A stretch of 32,000 nt of DNA from Schaalia meyeri (GTDB taxonomy: Bacteria; Actinomycetota; Actinomycetes; Actinomycetales; Actinomycetaceae). Shown here piece by piece: positions 18,039 to 26,265 of the stretch. Under the pieces are notes generated by a model. The model was given only the letters and a program-made list of their open reading frames with translations. It was not told the origin of the DNA and searched no databases. Within the stretch, counting starts at the first letter, position 1; every line of letters begins with the position of its first letter. The position numbers were made by a program, and so were the translations under genes. The stretch covers positions 120,001 through 152,000 of the forward strand of contig NZ_FNLK01000005.1 of assembly GCF_900105015.1 (NCBI RefSeq), given 5' to 3'.

Positions 18039-20015
18039 GTGGCATCACACAAGCGACGTCCCGTGCGCGCGCTCGTGACGCTCACCATCGCCATCGTGGC
18101 GGCGTGCGCGGCACTGGCGATCGGGCACTTCACGAAGGACGTATCCCCGTATCCCGACCTGGCCCTCGATCTGAAGGGCGGAACCCAGCTGATCCTTACT
18201 CCGACCGTGACGGGTGACGGACAGCGTGAGATCACCGATGAGGACATCACGCAGGCGATCTCGATTATCCGTAACCGAATCGACGCCTCCGGCGTGTCTG
18301 AATCCGAGATTTCCTCCATGGGTAATTCGAACATCATGGTATCGATTCCCGGTACCCCCTCCCAGGAGCAACTGGACCTCATCCGTTCGTCCTCGCAGAT
18401 GAACTTCCGCCCGGTGCTGCGTATCGGTGCGGCGCGGGGCGTCCCCCAGAAGAAACAGAACACGCAGGCCAATAACGGCCAATCCGGGGCCCAGTCGGGT
18501 GCGCAGTCCGGCGCGCAGTCGGGCGATACCGACAGTCAAAGCGACGGTTCGTCGAATGGTTCTGGCGATTCCGCCCAATCCGGAGCGCAATCCGCCGTGC
18601 TTGACGCTGCGACGGCGATGAAAACGGCCGATACCAACCACGATGGCGAGCTGTCCGATACGCCCGCATCGACGCCGGAGAACGGGTCAGATTTGGCGTG
18701 GGTCACTGAGCAGGTCATGTACGACTTCCTCACGCTCGACTGCTCGGCCGCCTCTAACGCCAAGCGTGTGGAAGGCGCCTCCGACAAGCCCTACGCGGCG
18801 TGTGACGGCTCCGGCCAGATCAAGTACATTCTCGGCCCCGTCGCTGTTCCCGGCTCCGACCTGAAGACGGCGACTGCTGGGCTCACGCGCAACTCGACCG
18901 GCCAGACGACCGGCCAGTGGGCCGTGTCGCTGCAGTTCAACGAAGCGGGAACCGAAAAGTTCAAGGATACCTCGACGATCCTCTACGGCTTCCACTCCTC
19001 GGACTCGGCGGGTTCCTCCTTCTACAAGGGCCGTCCCGACCGCAACTCGTTCGCAGTTGTCCTCGATGGCACTGTTATCACCGCTCCCTCGATGAACGCC
19101 ATCATCCCCAGCGGTCAGGCTGAGATCACGGGTAACTTCACGGCGAAGTCCGCCTCGGCGCTGGCGAATCAGCTGAGCTTCGGTTCGCTTCCGCTGAACT
19201 TTGAGGTGGAGTCCGAGCAACAGATCTCCGCGACGATCGGTACCGACCATCTGACAATCGGCCTGTGGGCGGCGTTGATCGGTTTCCTGCTCGTTATCTT
19301 CTACCTGATCTGGCAGTACCGCGGCCTGGCGGTCATCTCGGCGGGTTCACTGGTGATCGCATCGGTCACCACCTACCTGGTGATTACTCTGCTGTCTTGG
19401 GTGATGGGATATCGCCTGTCGCTGGCGGGCGTCGCCGGCCTGATCATGGCGATCGGCGTCACGACGGACTCGTTTATCGTGTACTTTGAGCGTGTGCGCG
19501 ACGAGGTGCGCGATGGACGACCGCTGCGCGCCGCCGTCGAGGAAGGCTGGGATCGCGCCAAGCGTACGATCCTGGTTTCCGACGCCGTGAACCTGGTTGC
19601 CGCCGTCGTTCTTTACCTGCTCGCGGTCGGCGGTGTCCAGGGCTTCGCCTTCACACTGGGCGTCACGACGGTCATTGATATCGCCGTGATCTTCCTGTTC
19701 ACCCACCCGATGATGGAGCTGCTCATTCGTACGCGCTTCTTCGGTCAGGGGCACAAGCTCTCAGGCCTGGATCCGGAGCACCTGGGCGCGAAGAACTCGC
19801 TCGTCTACGCGGGACGCGGACGCGTGGTTGCGCGCGCAGAGTCCTCCTCGTCGGTCGATAGGGACGAGGCCGGGGATGGCCTATCGATCGCCGAGCGTCG
19901 GCGCGCGGCGCGTCTGGCCGCCGAGAAGGCTGCGGGGGAGTCCTCCGCCGATACTCCTTCGTCCTGTGAGAAACCGACTGAAGCCGATAACGCGACCCAG
20001 GAAGAGGAGGACTGA
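18039..20015 (+). CDS. secD: protein translocase subunit SecD
   Basis: An N-terminal TM helix and a large periplasmic domain are followed by a C-terminal 5-TM block with GLIMAIGVTTDSFIVYFERVRDE. GTG start, with GGAAAG upstream. Confidence 0.92.
   Translation: MASHKRRPVRALVTLTIAIVAACAALAIGHFTKDVSPYPDLALDLKGGTQLILTPTVTGDGQREITDEDITQAISIIRNRIDASGVSESEISSMGNSNIMVSIPGTPSQEQLDLIRSSSQMNFRPVLRIGAARGVPQKKQNTQANNGQSGAQSGAQSGAQSGDTDSQSDGSSNGSGDSAQSGAQSAVLDAATAMKTADTNHDGELSDTPASTPENGSDLAWVTEQVMYDFLTLDCSAASNAKRVEGASDKPYAACDGSGQIKYILGPVAVPGSDLKTATAGLTRNSTGQTTGQWAVSLQFNEAGTEKFKDTSTILYGFHSSDSAGSSFYKGRPDRNSFAVVLDGTVITAPSMNAIIPSGQAEITGNFTAKSASALANQLSFGSLPLNFEVESEQQISATIGTDHLTIGLWAALIGFLLVIFYLIWQYRGLAVISAGSLVIASVTTYLVITLLSWVMGYRLSLAGVAGLIMAIGVTTDSFIVYFERVRDEVRDGRPLRAAVEEGWDRAKRTILVSDAVNLVAAVVLYLLAVGGVQGFAFTLGVTTVIDIAVIFLFTHPMMELLIRTRFFGQGHKLSGLDPEHLGAKNSLVYAGRGRVVARAESSSSVDRDEAGDGLSIAERRRAARLAAEKAAGESSADTPSSCEKPTEADNATQEEED
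18480..18524 (+). repeat. in-frame 12-nt tandem repeat encoding (QSGA)x3.75 inside secD
   Basis: Codons read caa tcc ggg gcc / cag tcg ggt gcg / cag tcc ggc gcg / cag tcg ggc. The units differ at synonymous positions. A further AQSGAQSA lies about 50 nt downstream. Confidence 0.8.
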
Positions 20016-20016
20016 G

Positions 20017-21105
20017 ATGATGAGTTTTGCTCAGTGGGGCAACGCCCTGTATTCCGGCGACAAGTCCTATCGTGTCATTCCAAACCGTAAGATATTCGTC
20101 GGTGTCGCTGCCGCAGCCATTGCGCTCGGTTTTGTACTCGTTGCAATCATGGGGCTGAATCGCTCGATCGAGTTTACGGGCGGCTCGCAGTTCGACGTCG
20201 CGCACGTGAGCGACCAGAGCGAGTCCTTTGCGGCGCGCGCAGTGAGTGAGACGGGCCTCGTTGAGGGGGCCCCGAAGGTGACGCGCGTGGGCGCCGATTC
20301 GGTGCGTATTCAAACGACGTCGCTTGACTCTGCTCAGACCGCTTCGATGCGCGAAGCTCTGGCCAGAGCCTACGGTGTCGATGCCTCGGAGGTCCAATCC
20401 TCATCTATCGGTCCTTCGTGGGGCTCTTCGGTGACGACTAAGGCCGCGCAGTCACTGTTTATCTTCATGGCGTTGGTTGCTCTCCTGATGACCCTGTACT
20501 TCCGGTCGTGGAGGATGGCTGCCTCCGCGCTGCTCGCGCTGCTTCACGATATTGCCGTGACGGTCGGTGTCTTCGCAGTGCTCCAGGTCGAGGTCTCGCC
20601 GGCAACGGTCATCGGCTTCCTGACGATCCTCGGTTACTCGCTGTATGACACGGTCGTTGTGTTCGACAAGGTGCGTGAGCTGACCGGTGATGTGTATGAC
20701 CAGGAGCATTACACGTTCTCCGAGTACGTTAACCTCGCCGTCAACCAGACGATGGTTCGCTCGATCAACACCTCGGTTGTGGCGCTCCTGCCCGTCGGCG
20801 CGATCCTCATTATCGGGTCGGTCGCGCTGGGGCCGGGTACCCTGGTGGATATCTCGCTGGCCCTGTTCATCGGGATGATCGCCGGAACTTACTCGTCGAT
20901 CTTTATCGCCTCCCCGCTCCTGGTGAGCTTCCAGGAGATGTCTGGCAAGACACGCCAGCATAACGCCGTGGTCGAGAAAGGGCGTCAGGGCCACACGGCC
21001 ACTGAGACGGCGTTAGCCTCCGGCTCTGTGAAGGTGGCTCCGATTAAGCCCGGCAAGCGTCTGGGCAATGAGAAACAGCCCCACAGGAAGAAGAACCATC
21101 GATGA
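20017..21105 (+). CDS. secF: protein translocase subunit SecF
   Basis: ATG 20017 lies 1 nt after the secD stop and gives MMSFAQWGNALY. LTILGYSLYDTVVVFDKVRE is the SecF signature block. The 63 upstream codons in the ORF track overlap secD and were discarded. Confidence 0.92.
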   Translation: MMSFAQWGNALYSGDKSYRVIPNRKIFVGVAAAAIALGFVLVAIMGLNRSIEFTGGSQFDVAHVSDQSESFAARAVSETGLVEGAPKVTRVGADSVRIQTTSLDSAQTASMREALARAYGVDASEVQSSSIGPSWGSSVTTKAAQSLFIFMALVALLMTLYFRSWRMAASALLALLHDIAVTVGVFAVLQVEVSPATVIGFLTILGYSLYDTVVVFDKVRELTGDVYDQEHYTFSEYVNLAVNQTMVRSINTSVVALLPVGAILIIGSVALGPGTLVDISLALFIGMIAGTYSSIFIASPLLVSFQEMSGKTRQHNAVVEKGRQGHTATETALASGSVKVAPIKPGKRLGNEKQPHRKKNHR

Positions 21106-21641
21106 TCGGTGAACTCGGCGACCGCGTCGCCGCTCTGGTGCAGGAGAACCTGCTGGAGATCCCGGACTTTCCTGAACCGGGCGTTCTGTTTCGCGATATT
21201 ACCGAGCTGTTTGCCAACGGCCCGGCGTTCAAGGAACTGGTCGAGCTGATCGGTGCGCGCTACGCAGGCACGATCGATGCGGTAGCCGGGTTGGAGTCAC
21301 GCGGTTTCATTCTCGGTGCGCCCGTGGCGGCCGAACTGGGCATTGGCATGCTGACGATTCGCAAGGCGGGCAAGCTTCCCGGTCACGTCATCGGCGTGGA
21401 CTATGCCCTGGAGTACGGCACCGCTCGGATGGAGATTCACCCTGAGTCCGTCCGCCAGGGGCAGCGCGTACTCGTCATTGACGATGTGCTGGCCACGGGG
21501 GGCACCGCGCATGCGGCGGTTGAGCTTTTGGGACAGTGCGGCGCCTCGGTCGAGGCCGTGGCTGTCCTGCTGGAGTTGGACGCCCTGGGCGGACGCTCGA
21601 AGCTGTCGAATGTTTTGGTCGAGACTGCCGTGCACCTGTGA
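21102..21641 (+). CDS. apt: adenine phosphoribosyltransferase
   Basis: Contains PDFPEPGVLFRDIT and the PRPP-binding motif VLVIDDVLATGGTA. ATGA overlap with the secF stop. Confidence 0.93.
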   Translation: MIGELGDRVAALVQENLLEIPDFPEPGVLFRDITELFANGPAFKELVELIGARYAGTIDAVAGLESRGFILGAPVAAELGIGMLTIRKAGKLPGHVIGVDYALEYGTARMEIHPESVRQGQRVLVIDDVLATGGTAHAAVELLGQCGASVEAVAVLLELDALGGRSKLSNVLVETAVHL

Positions 21642-21663
21642 GTGTTTGTGTCATCTCGCGTTT

Positions 21664-21704
21664 GCGGGGCCGGGGATTGTGAGGATCCCCGGCCCCGCTC
21701 TTTC
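21664..21704 (+). terminator. intrinsic-terminator-like hairpin after apt
   Basis: Perfect 14-bp stem GCGGGGCCGGGGAT (21664-21677) / ATCCCCGGCCCCGC (21685-21698) with a 7-nt loop. It has 12 G:C and 2 A:T pairs. The trailing TCTTTCG is only a modest U tract. Confidence 0.6.
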
Positions 21705-21721
21705 GTGGTTATCATGGGGCC

Positions 21722-24022
21722 ATGAGCAGCGACGACACGACTTCAGGGGCCGCCCTGCCGGCGGCAGGTTCCCGGGTGCGCTCCGGCCTGGTCTGGTTCG
21801 GTTCCCGTGGGCGTGCGACGATTCCCGAGATTGAGCCCCTCGTGCGGGCTCTGCGCGCGAATCACCCGAAGGCGGATATCGGCGTCGTGGAGCGCGCTTA
21901 TCGCACCGCGGAGGCTTGCCACCGCGGGCAAACGCGCAAGTCCGGTGAACCGTATATCACCCATCCCGTCGCGGTTGCGACCATTCTCGCAGAGATGGGG
22001 ATGACGATTCCGACGCTGGTGGCTGCGCTGCTGCATGACACGGTTGAGGACACCGACTACACGCTCGACCAGCTGGCCGCAGAATACGGCGAGCCGATCG
22101 CCAACCTCGTTGATGGCGTGACCAAACTGGATAAGGTCCACTACGGCGCCGCGGCGCAGTCCGAAACTCTGCGTAAGATGCTCGTCGCGATGAGCCGCGA
22201 CATTCGGGTCCTGCTGATCAAACTGGCCGACCGGCTGCACAACGCCCGCACGTGGCGCTTCGTTCCTGCGGCCTCGGCGCGAAAGAAGGCGCAGGAGACG
22301 CTCGAGATCTATGCGCCTCTCGCGCATCGACTCGGTATGAACATGGTGAAGTGGGAGCTTGAAGAGCTTTCCTTTAAGACCCTGTACCCGGAGATTTACG
22401 ACGAGATCGATCGGCTGGTCGCGGAGCGCGCTCCGCAGCGCGAGGAGTACCTGCGAGACGTGATCGATCAGATCGAGGAAGACCTGCGACGATCCGGGAC
22501 GAAAGGGACGGTGAGCGGACGCCCGAAGAGCCACTATTCGATCTATCAAAAGATGATCGTGCGCGGAAAGGCGTTTGGTGAGGTCTTTGATCTGGTCGCC
22601 GTCCGCGTCCTGGTGGAGTCCATCAAGGACTGCTACGGGGTGCTCGGATCGTTGCACGGGCGATGGAATCCGATCCCGGGGCGCTTCAAAGACTATATCG
22701 CGATGCCGAAGTTCAACCTGTACCAGTCGCTGCACACGACGGTGATCGGACCGGGCGGCAAGCCCGTGGAGATCCAGATCCGCACCTTCGATATGCACGA
22801 GCGGGCGGAGCACGGCGTGGCGGCGCACTGGAAGTACAAGCAGAACCCGAAGGCCTCCAGCGGCGATCCGGATCGCATGAGTTCGGATGAGCAGGCGAAT
22901 TGGCTGCGTGCCCTGGTGGAGATGGAGCGCGAGACGGGCGACCCCGAGGAGTTCCTGGATTCGCTGCGTTACGAGATCGCCGGCGACGAGGTATATGTCT
23001 TTACCCCGAAGGGCGAGGTGATCGTTTTGCCCGCGCGCGCCACCCCGGTTGACTTTGCCTACGCCGTGCATACGGAGGTGGGCCATCGAACGGTGGGAGC
23101 CAAGGTCAATGGACGCCTCGTTTCGCTCGATACCCGGCTCGAGTCCGGTGAGACCGTCGAGGTGGTGACGTCGAAGTCGGACAAGGCGGGACCGTCGCGG
23201 GACTGGCTCGCTTTCGTGGCCTCGCCGCGCGCACGCTCAAAGATCAAGGCGTGGTTCTCGAAGGAGCGTCGTGAGGAGGCCGTCGAGGCGGGTAAGGAAG
23301 CTCTCGCGCGCGCTATGCGAAAGCAGAACCTTCCGTTGCAGCGTCTGATGAGTCACGAGTCGATCCTGTCGGTCGCTACCTCCTTCGGCTACCCGGACGT
23401 GTCCGGTCTGTATTCGGCCGTGGGTGAAGGCCATATCTCCGCGCAGAACGTCGTGTCGAAGCTGGTGGATAACCTGGGTGGGGGAGACGGCACAGAGGAG
23501 ACCCTATCCGAGGGGGTAACCCCCGGAACAGCGAAGTCGCGATCGGGCACGGCCGGGGATGACGCGATCACCGTTGCAGGCCTGAGTCCGAACGAGATCT
23601 GGGTGAAGCTGGCGAAGTGCTGCACGCCCGTGCCGGGCGATGACATTGTGGGTTTCATTACGCGCGGGCAGGGCGTGTCCGTGCATCGCAGTACGTGTGC
23701 CAACGCGGTGCGTCTGGGGCAGCTGCAACCGCAGCGCTTTGTTGACGTGTCATGGAACGCTCAGGGGGTGGGGGCGCCGTTCCGCGTGCAGATTGAGATC
23801 CGTGCGCTGGACCGCGGCGGCTTGCTTTCCGATCTGACTCGGGTGCTGTCGGATTACCGCGTCAATATCTTGTCGGCGATTCTCAAGACGAACGGTGACC
23901 AGGTGGCCTCGGGCAACTTTTCCTTTGAACTCGCGGACCTGGGGCATCTCAATGCGGTGCTGTCCGCGCTGCGCCGCGTCGACGGGGTGTTCGAGGCGGT
24001 ACGCATCGGGGCGGATTCGTAG
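21722..24022 (+). CDS. relA: bifunctional (p)ppGpp synthetase / hydrolase (long RSH, Rel)
   Basis: HD hydrolase motifs are HRGQTRKSGEPYITHP and LLHDTVEDT. The synthetase core is YIAMPKFNLYQSLHTTV and HGVAAHWKYK. The TGS domain is VYVFTPKGEVIVLPARATPVDFAY, with a C-terminal ACT-like domain. Confidence 0.95.
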   Translation: MSSDDTTSGAALPAAGSRVRSGLVWFGSRGRATIPEIEPLVRALRANHPKADIGVVERAYRTAEACHRGQTRKSGEPYITHPVAVATILAEMGMTIPTLVAALLHDTVEDTDYTLDQLAAEYGEPIANLVDGVTKLDKVHYGAAAQSETLRKMLVAMSRDIRVLLIKLADRLHNARTWRFVPAASARKKAQETLEIYAPLAHRLGMNMVKWELEELSFKTLYPEIYDEIDRLVAERAPQREEYLRDVIDQIEEDLRRSGTKGTVSGRPKSHYSIYQKMIVRGKAFGEVFDLVAVRVLVESIKDCYGVLGSLHGRWNPIPGRFKDYIAMPKFNLYQSLHTTVIGPGGKPVEIQIRTFDMHERAEHGVAAHWKYKQNPKASSGDPDRMSSDEQANWLRALVEMERETGDPEEFLDSLRYEIAGDEVYVFTPKGEVIVLPARATPVDFAYAVHTEVGHRTVGAKVNGRLVSLDTRLESGETVEVVTSKSDKAGPSRDWLAFVASPRARSKIKAWFSKERREEAVEAGKEALARAMRKQNLPLQRLMSHESILSVATSFGYPDVSGLYSAVGEGHISAQNVVSKLVDNLGGGDGTEETLSEGVTPGTAKSRSGTAGDDAITVAGLSPNEIWVKLAKCCTPVPGDDIVGFITRGQGVSVHRSTCANAVRLGQLQPQRFVDVSWNAQGVGAPFRVQIEIRALDRGGLLSDLTRVLSDYRVNILSAILKTNGDQVASGNFSFELADLGHLNAVLSALRRVDGVFEAVRIGADS

Positions 24023-24079
24023 ACGGAGCCGGGGAATCGCCCTCAGGAGCGGAAAGCGTGTTACATCCGTCCCCTTTTT
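24022..24079 (+). terminator. weak terminator candidate after rel
   Basis: GACGGA (24022-24027) can pair with TCCGTC (24066-24071), followed by CCC and TTTTT (24075-24079). A T5 run is rare in this GC-rich window. The stem is short and the loop long, so confidence is low. Confidence 0.25.
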
Positions 24080-24184
24080 CGGCGATTAGTTCACACCCTC
24101 TCGTTAGGTGTGACACACTAGCCGTGTGTGTCGCATCGGCACACCACCGCGCCGGGCGTAAGCCCTCGTCTCAGAAGGAATATC

Positions 24185-25516
24185 GTGACCACGACGCCGA
24201 TTCCGAATAAAGAAACCGCTCCCGAAGCCGTAACGACTACCGAGGGGTCCGCCGCCCCGTCGACGATTGCCGCGACCGAGGTGCCCGCACACCCCTTCGC
24301 CCGCATCGGTGAGGATGGGACTGTCTATGTCACGGACGGAGACGAGGAACGCGTCATCGGTGGCTTCCCGGAGGGCATCCCGACCTCGCCCTACGCCCTC
24401 TACGAGCGTCGCTACGCCGACCTTGAGGCAACGATCAAGCTGTTTGAGGACCGCTTGGCGACGCTGAGCCCGCGTGACATCGATCAGACCCTCGCGACGC
24501 TGCGCGAGCAGGTCGCTTCGCCGAACGTCATCGGCGATATTCCTGCACTGCGTGATCGGGTCGCCACGGTCGAAAAGGCTGCCGAGGAACGCAAGGAGAT
24601 CGCTCGCGAGGAGCGCAAGGCCGCAAAGGCGGAGGCCCTTGCCGATCGGACTGCCGTCGTGGAACGTGCCGAGGCGATTGTCGCTCAGGACCCCGCCAAG
24701 ACACATTGGAAGCAGTCCGGGCAGGCCCTCCGCGACCTTCTGGAGGAATGGAAGACGCTCCAGCGTCGCGGTCCGCGTCTGGAAAAGTCGGTGGAGGACG
24801 AGCTGTGGAAGCGCTTTTCGTCCGCTCGTACGCATTTCGACCGCCACCGCCGCCAGTTTTTCTCTCAACTGGATCAGGCTCAGTCTGAAGCCAAGCGAAT
24901 CAAGGAAGCGTTGATCGCCGAGGCCGAGTCCCTGTCCTCGTCCGTGGACTGGGCGCGTACCTCCAGTGCCTACCGCGAGCTCATGAACCGTTGGAAGGCC
25001 GCTCCGCGTGCTTCGCGCAAGGAAGACGACGCCCTGTGGGCTCGTTTCCGGGCGGCCCAGCAGGTGTTCTTCGACGCGCGCCGGGCCAAGGATGAGGCTA
25101 CCGACGCCGAGTACCGTGAGAACCTCGTCGCCAAGGAGAAGATCCTGGTTGAGGCCGAGGCGATTCTTCCGATCACGGACATCGAGCGCGCTAAGGCGCA
25201 GCTCCGCCAGATCCAAGATCGGTGGGAAGAGATCGGACGCGTGCCGTCCTCGGACCTGCACCGCGTTGAGGGACGGCTGCGCGCCGTTGAGGCCGCAGTC
25301 CGCGAGGCAGAGGAGCAGGAGTGGCGTCGCACGAACCCCGAGACTCGTGCCCGCGCCGCAGGCATGGTGGGACAGCTTGAGGAACAGATCGCTCAGCTTG
25401 AGCGTTCGTTGGCTAAGGCTGAGGCGGAGGGTGACGAGAAGAACGCTTCTAGCGTGCGCGAGGCCCTCGAAACCAAGCGCGCGTGGCTCGCGCAGATCTC
25501 CTCGTCCATGGAGTGA
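24185..25516 (+). CDS. DUF349 repeat protein
   Basis: Three copies of an approximately 75-aa helical repeat carry the W...W(K/A)RF..A...F pattern: LLEEWKTL...LWKRFSSARTHFDRHRRQFF, LMNRWKAA...LWARFRAAQQVFFDARR, and IQDRWEEIG. GTG 24185 is preferred because AAGGA lies 5 nt upstream. GTG 24128 is the ORF-track alternative. Confidence 0.8.
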   Translation: MTTTPIPNKETAPEAVTTTEGSAAPSTIAATEVPAHPFARIGEDGTVYVTDGDEERVIGGFPEGIPTSPYALYERRYADLEATIKLFEDRLATLSPRDIDQTLATLREQVASPNVIGDIPALRDRVATVEKAAEERKEIAREERKAAKAEALADRTAVVERAEAIVAQDPAKTHWKQSGQALRDLLEEWKTLQRRGPRLEKSVEDELWKRFSSARTHFDRHRRQFFSQLDQAQSEAKRIKEALIAEAESLSSSVDWARTSSAYRELMNRWKAAPRASRKEDDALWARFRAAQQVFFDARRAKDEATDAEYRENLVAKEKILVEAEAILPITDIERAKAQLRQIQDRWEEIGRVPSSDLHRVEGRLRAVEAAVREAEEQEWRRTNPETRARAAGMVGQLEEQIAQLERSLAKAEAEGDEKNASSVREALETKRAWLAQISSSME

Positions 25517-25517
25517 T

Positions 25518-26237
25518 ATGCGTCTGCACGTTATTCCTTCGCCTTTCTTTGCGGCGAATGGGCTTGTGCTCGTCCCATCCGGGGCGGGCACTGCCCTTGT
25601 TGTTGACCCTTCCGCCGGAATCCAGCACCTGATTCGCCGGGTCCTTCAACGCGAGGGCGTCGCTGTCGGCGCGGTTCTGGCGACGCACGGCCACCCGGAT
25701 CACGTCTGGGACGCGGCTCAGGTGTCCACGTGGGGGGCGGATGGGCAGGTCGTTCCCGTCTATGTCCCGGGTCCGGACATGTACCGCATGGACGATCCCG
25801 CGGCCTTCCTGCCCATGCCGATTCCCGAGTTCGCCGGTCCGTGGAGCAAACCGACCGACCTGCGTGAGATGCCCGCCGACTCTTTCGAAATGAGCCCGGG
25901 CATATGGCTCCGGATGGTTCCCGCGCCCGGGCACACGGAGGGATCGGCGGTGTTTGTGGGCGAGAGTTCGCTAGACATTCGCGTCAACGATCAGTCCTTT
26001 TACGCCTCGGACGAGATGGTGCCGTGGGCGCTGAGCGCCGATGTCCTGTTTAAGGACAGCGTCGGACGCACGGATCTGCCCGGAGGCAACGAAACGCAGA
26101 TGCGGCACTCGTTGCGTACGATCTCCAACGTGCTGAACCCGAGTACCGTCCTCATCCCGGGGCACGGTCCGGCCACGACGTTGGCCGACGAAATACGCTC
26201 TAACCAGTATCTGATTCGTGCTCGCCGGATCGGCTAG
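25518..26237 (+). CDS. MBL-fold metallo-hydrolase (glyoxalase-II-like)
   Basis: ATG 25518 lies 1 nt after the DUF349 stop and gives MRLHVIPSPFFAANG. The metal motif HxHxDH is seen as THGHPDHVWD, with APGHTEGS and GHG further on. The 170 upstream codons in the ORF track are out-of-frame overlap with the DUF349 gene. Confidence 0.85.
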   Translation: MRLHVIPSPFFAANGLVLVPSGAGTALVVDPSAGIQHLIRRVLQREGVAVGAVLATHGHPDHVWDAAQVSTWGADGQVVPVYVPGPDMYRMDDPAAFLPMPIPEFAGPWSKPTDLREMPADSFEMSPGIWLRMVPAPGHTEGSAVFVGESSLDIRVNDQSFYASDEMVPWALSADVLFKDSVGRTDLPGGNETQMRHSLRTISNVLNPSTVLIPGHGPATTLADEIRSNQYLIRARRIG

Positions 26238-26265
26238 CACCGCAACATCGCAGAAAGGACGCTTC

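Noticed and set aside
21743-23086. 447-aa minus-strand ORF opposite rel, and similar ones opposite the helicase (31051-31956, 30999-31520).
   Set aside because: Same reasoning: these are antisense frames of strongly identified genes with no independent coding signal.
24104-25591. 495-aa ORF on the minus strand spanning the entire DUF349 gene.
   Set aside because: Its composition (Arg/Leu/Gly/Pro-rich, no motifs) is typical of an antisense shadow frame of a GC-rich gene. The + strand frame has recognisable repeats, an RBS and tight coupling to the downstream gene.
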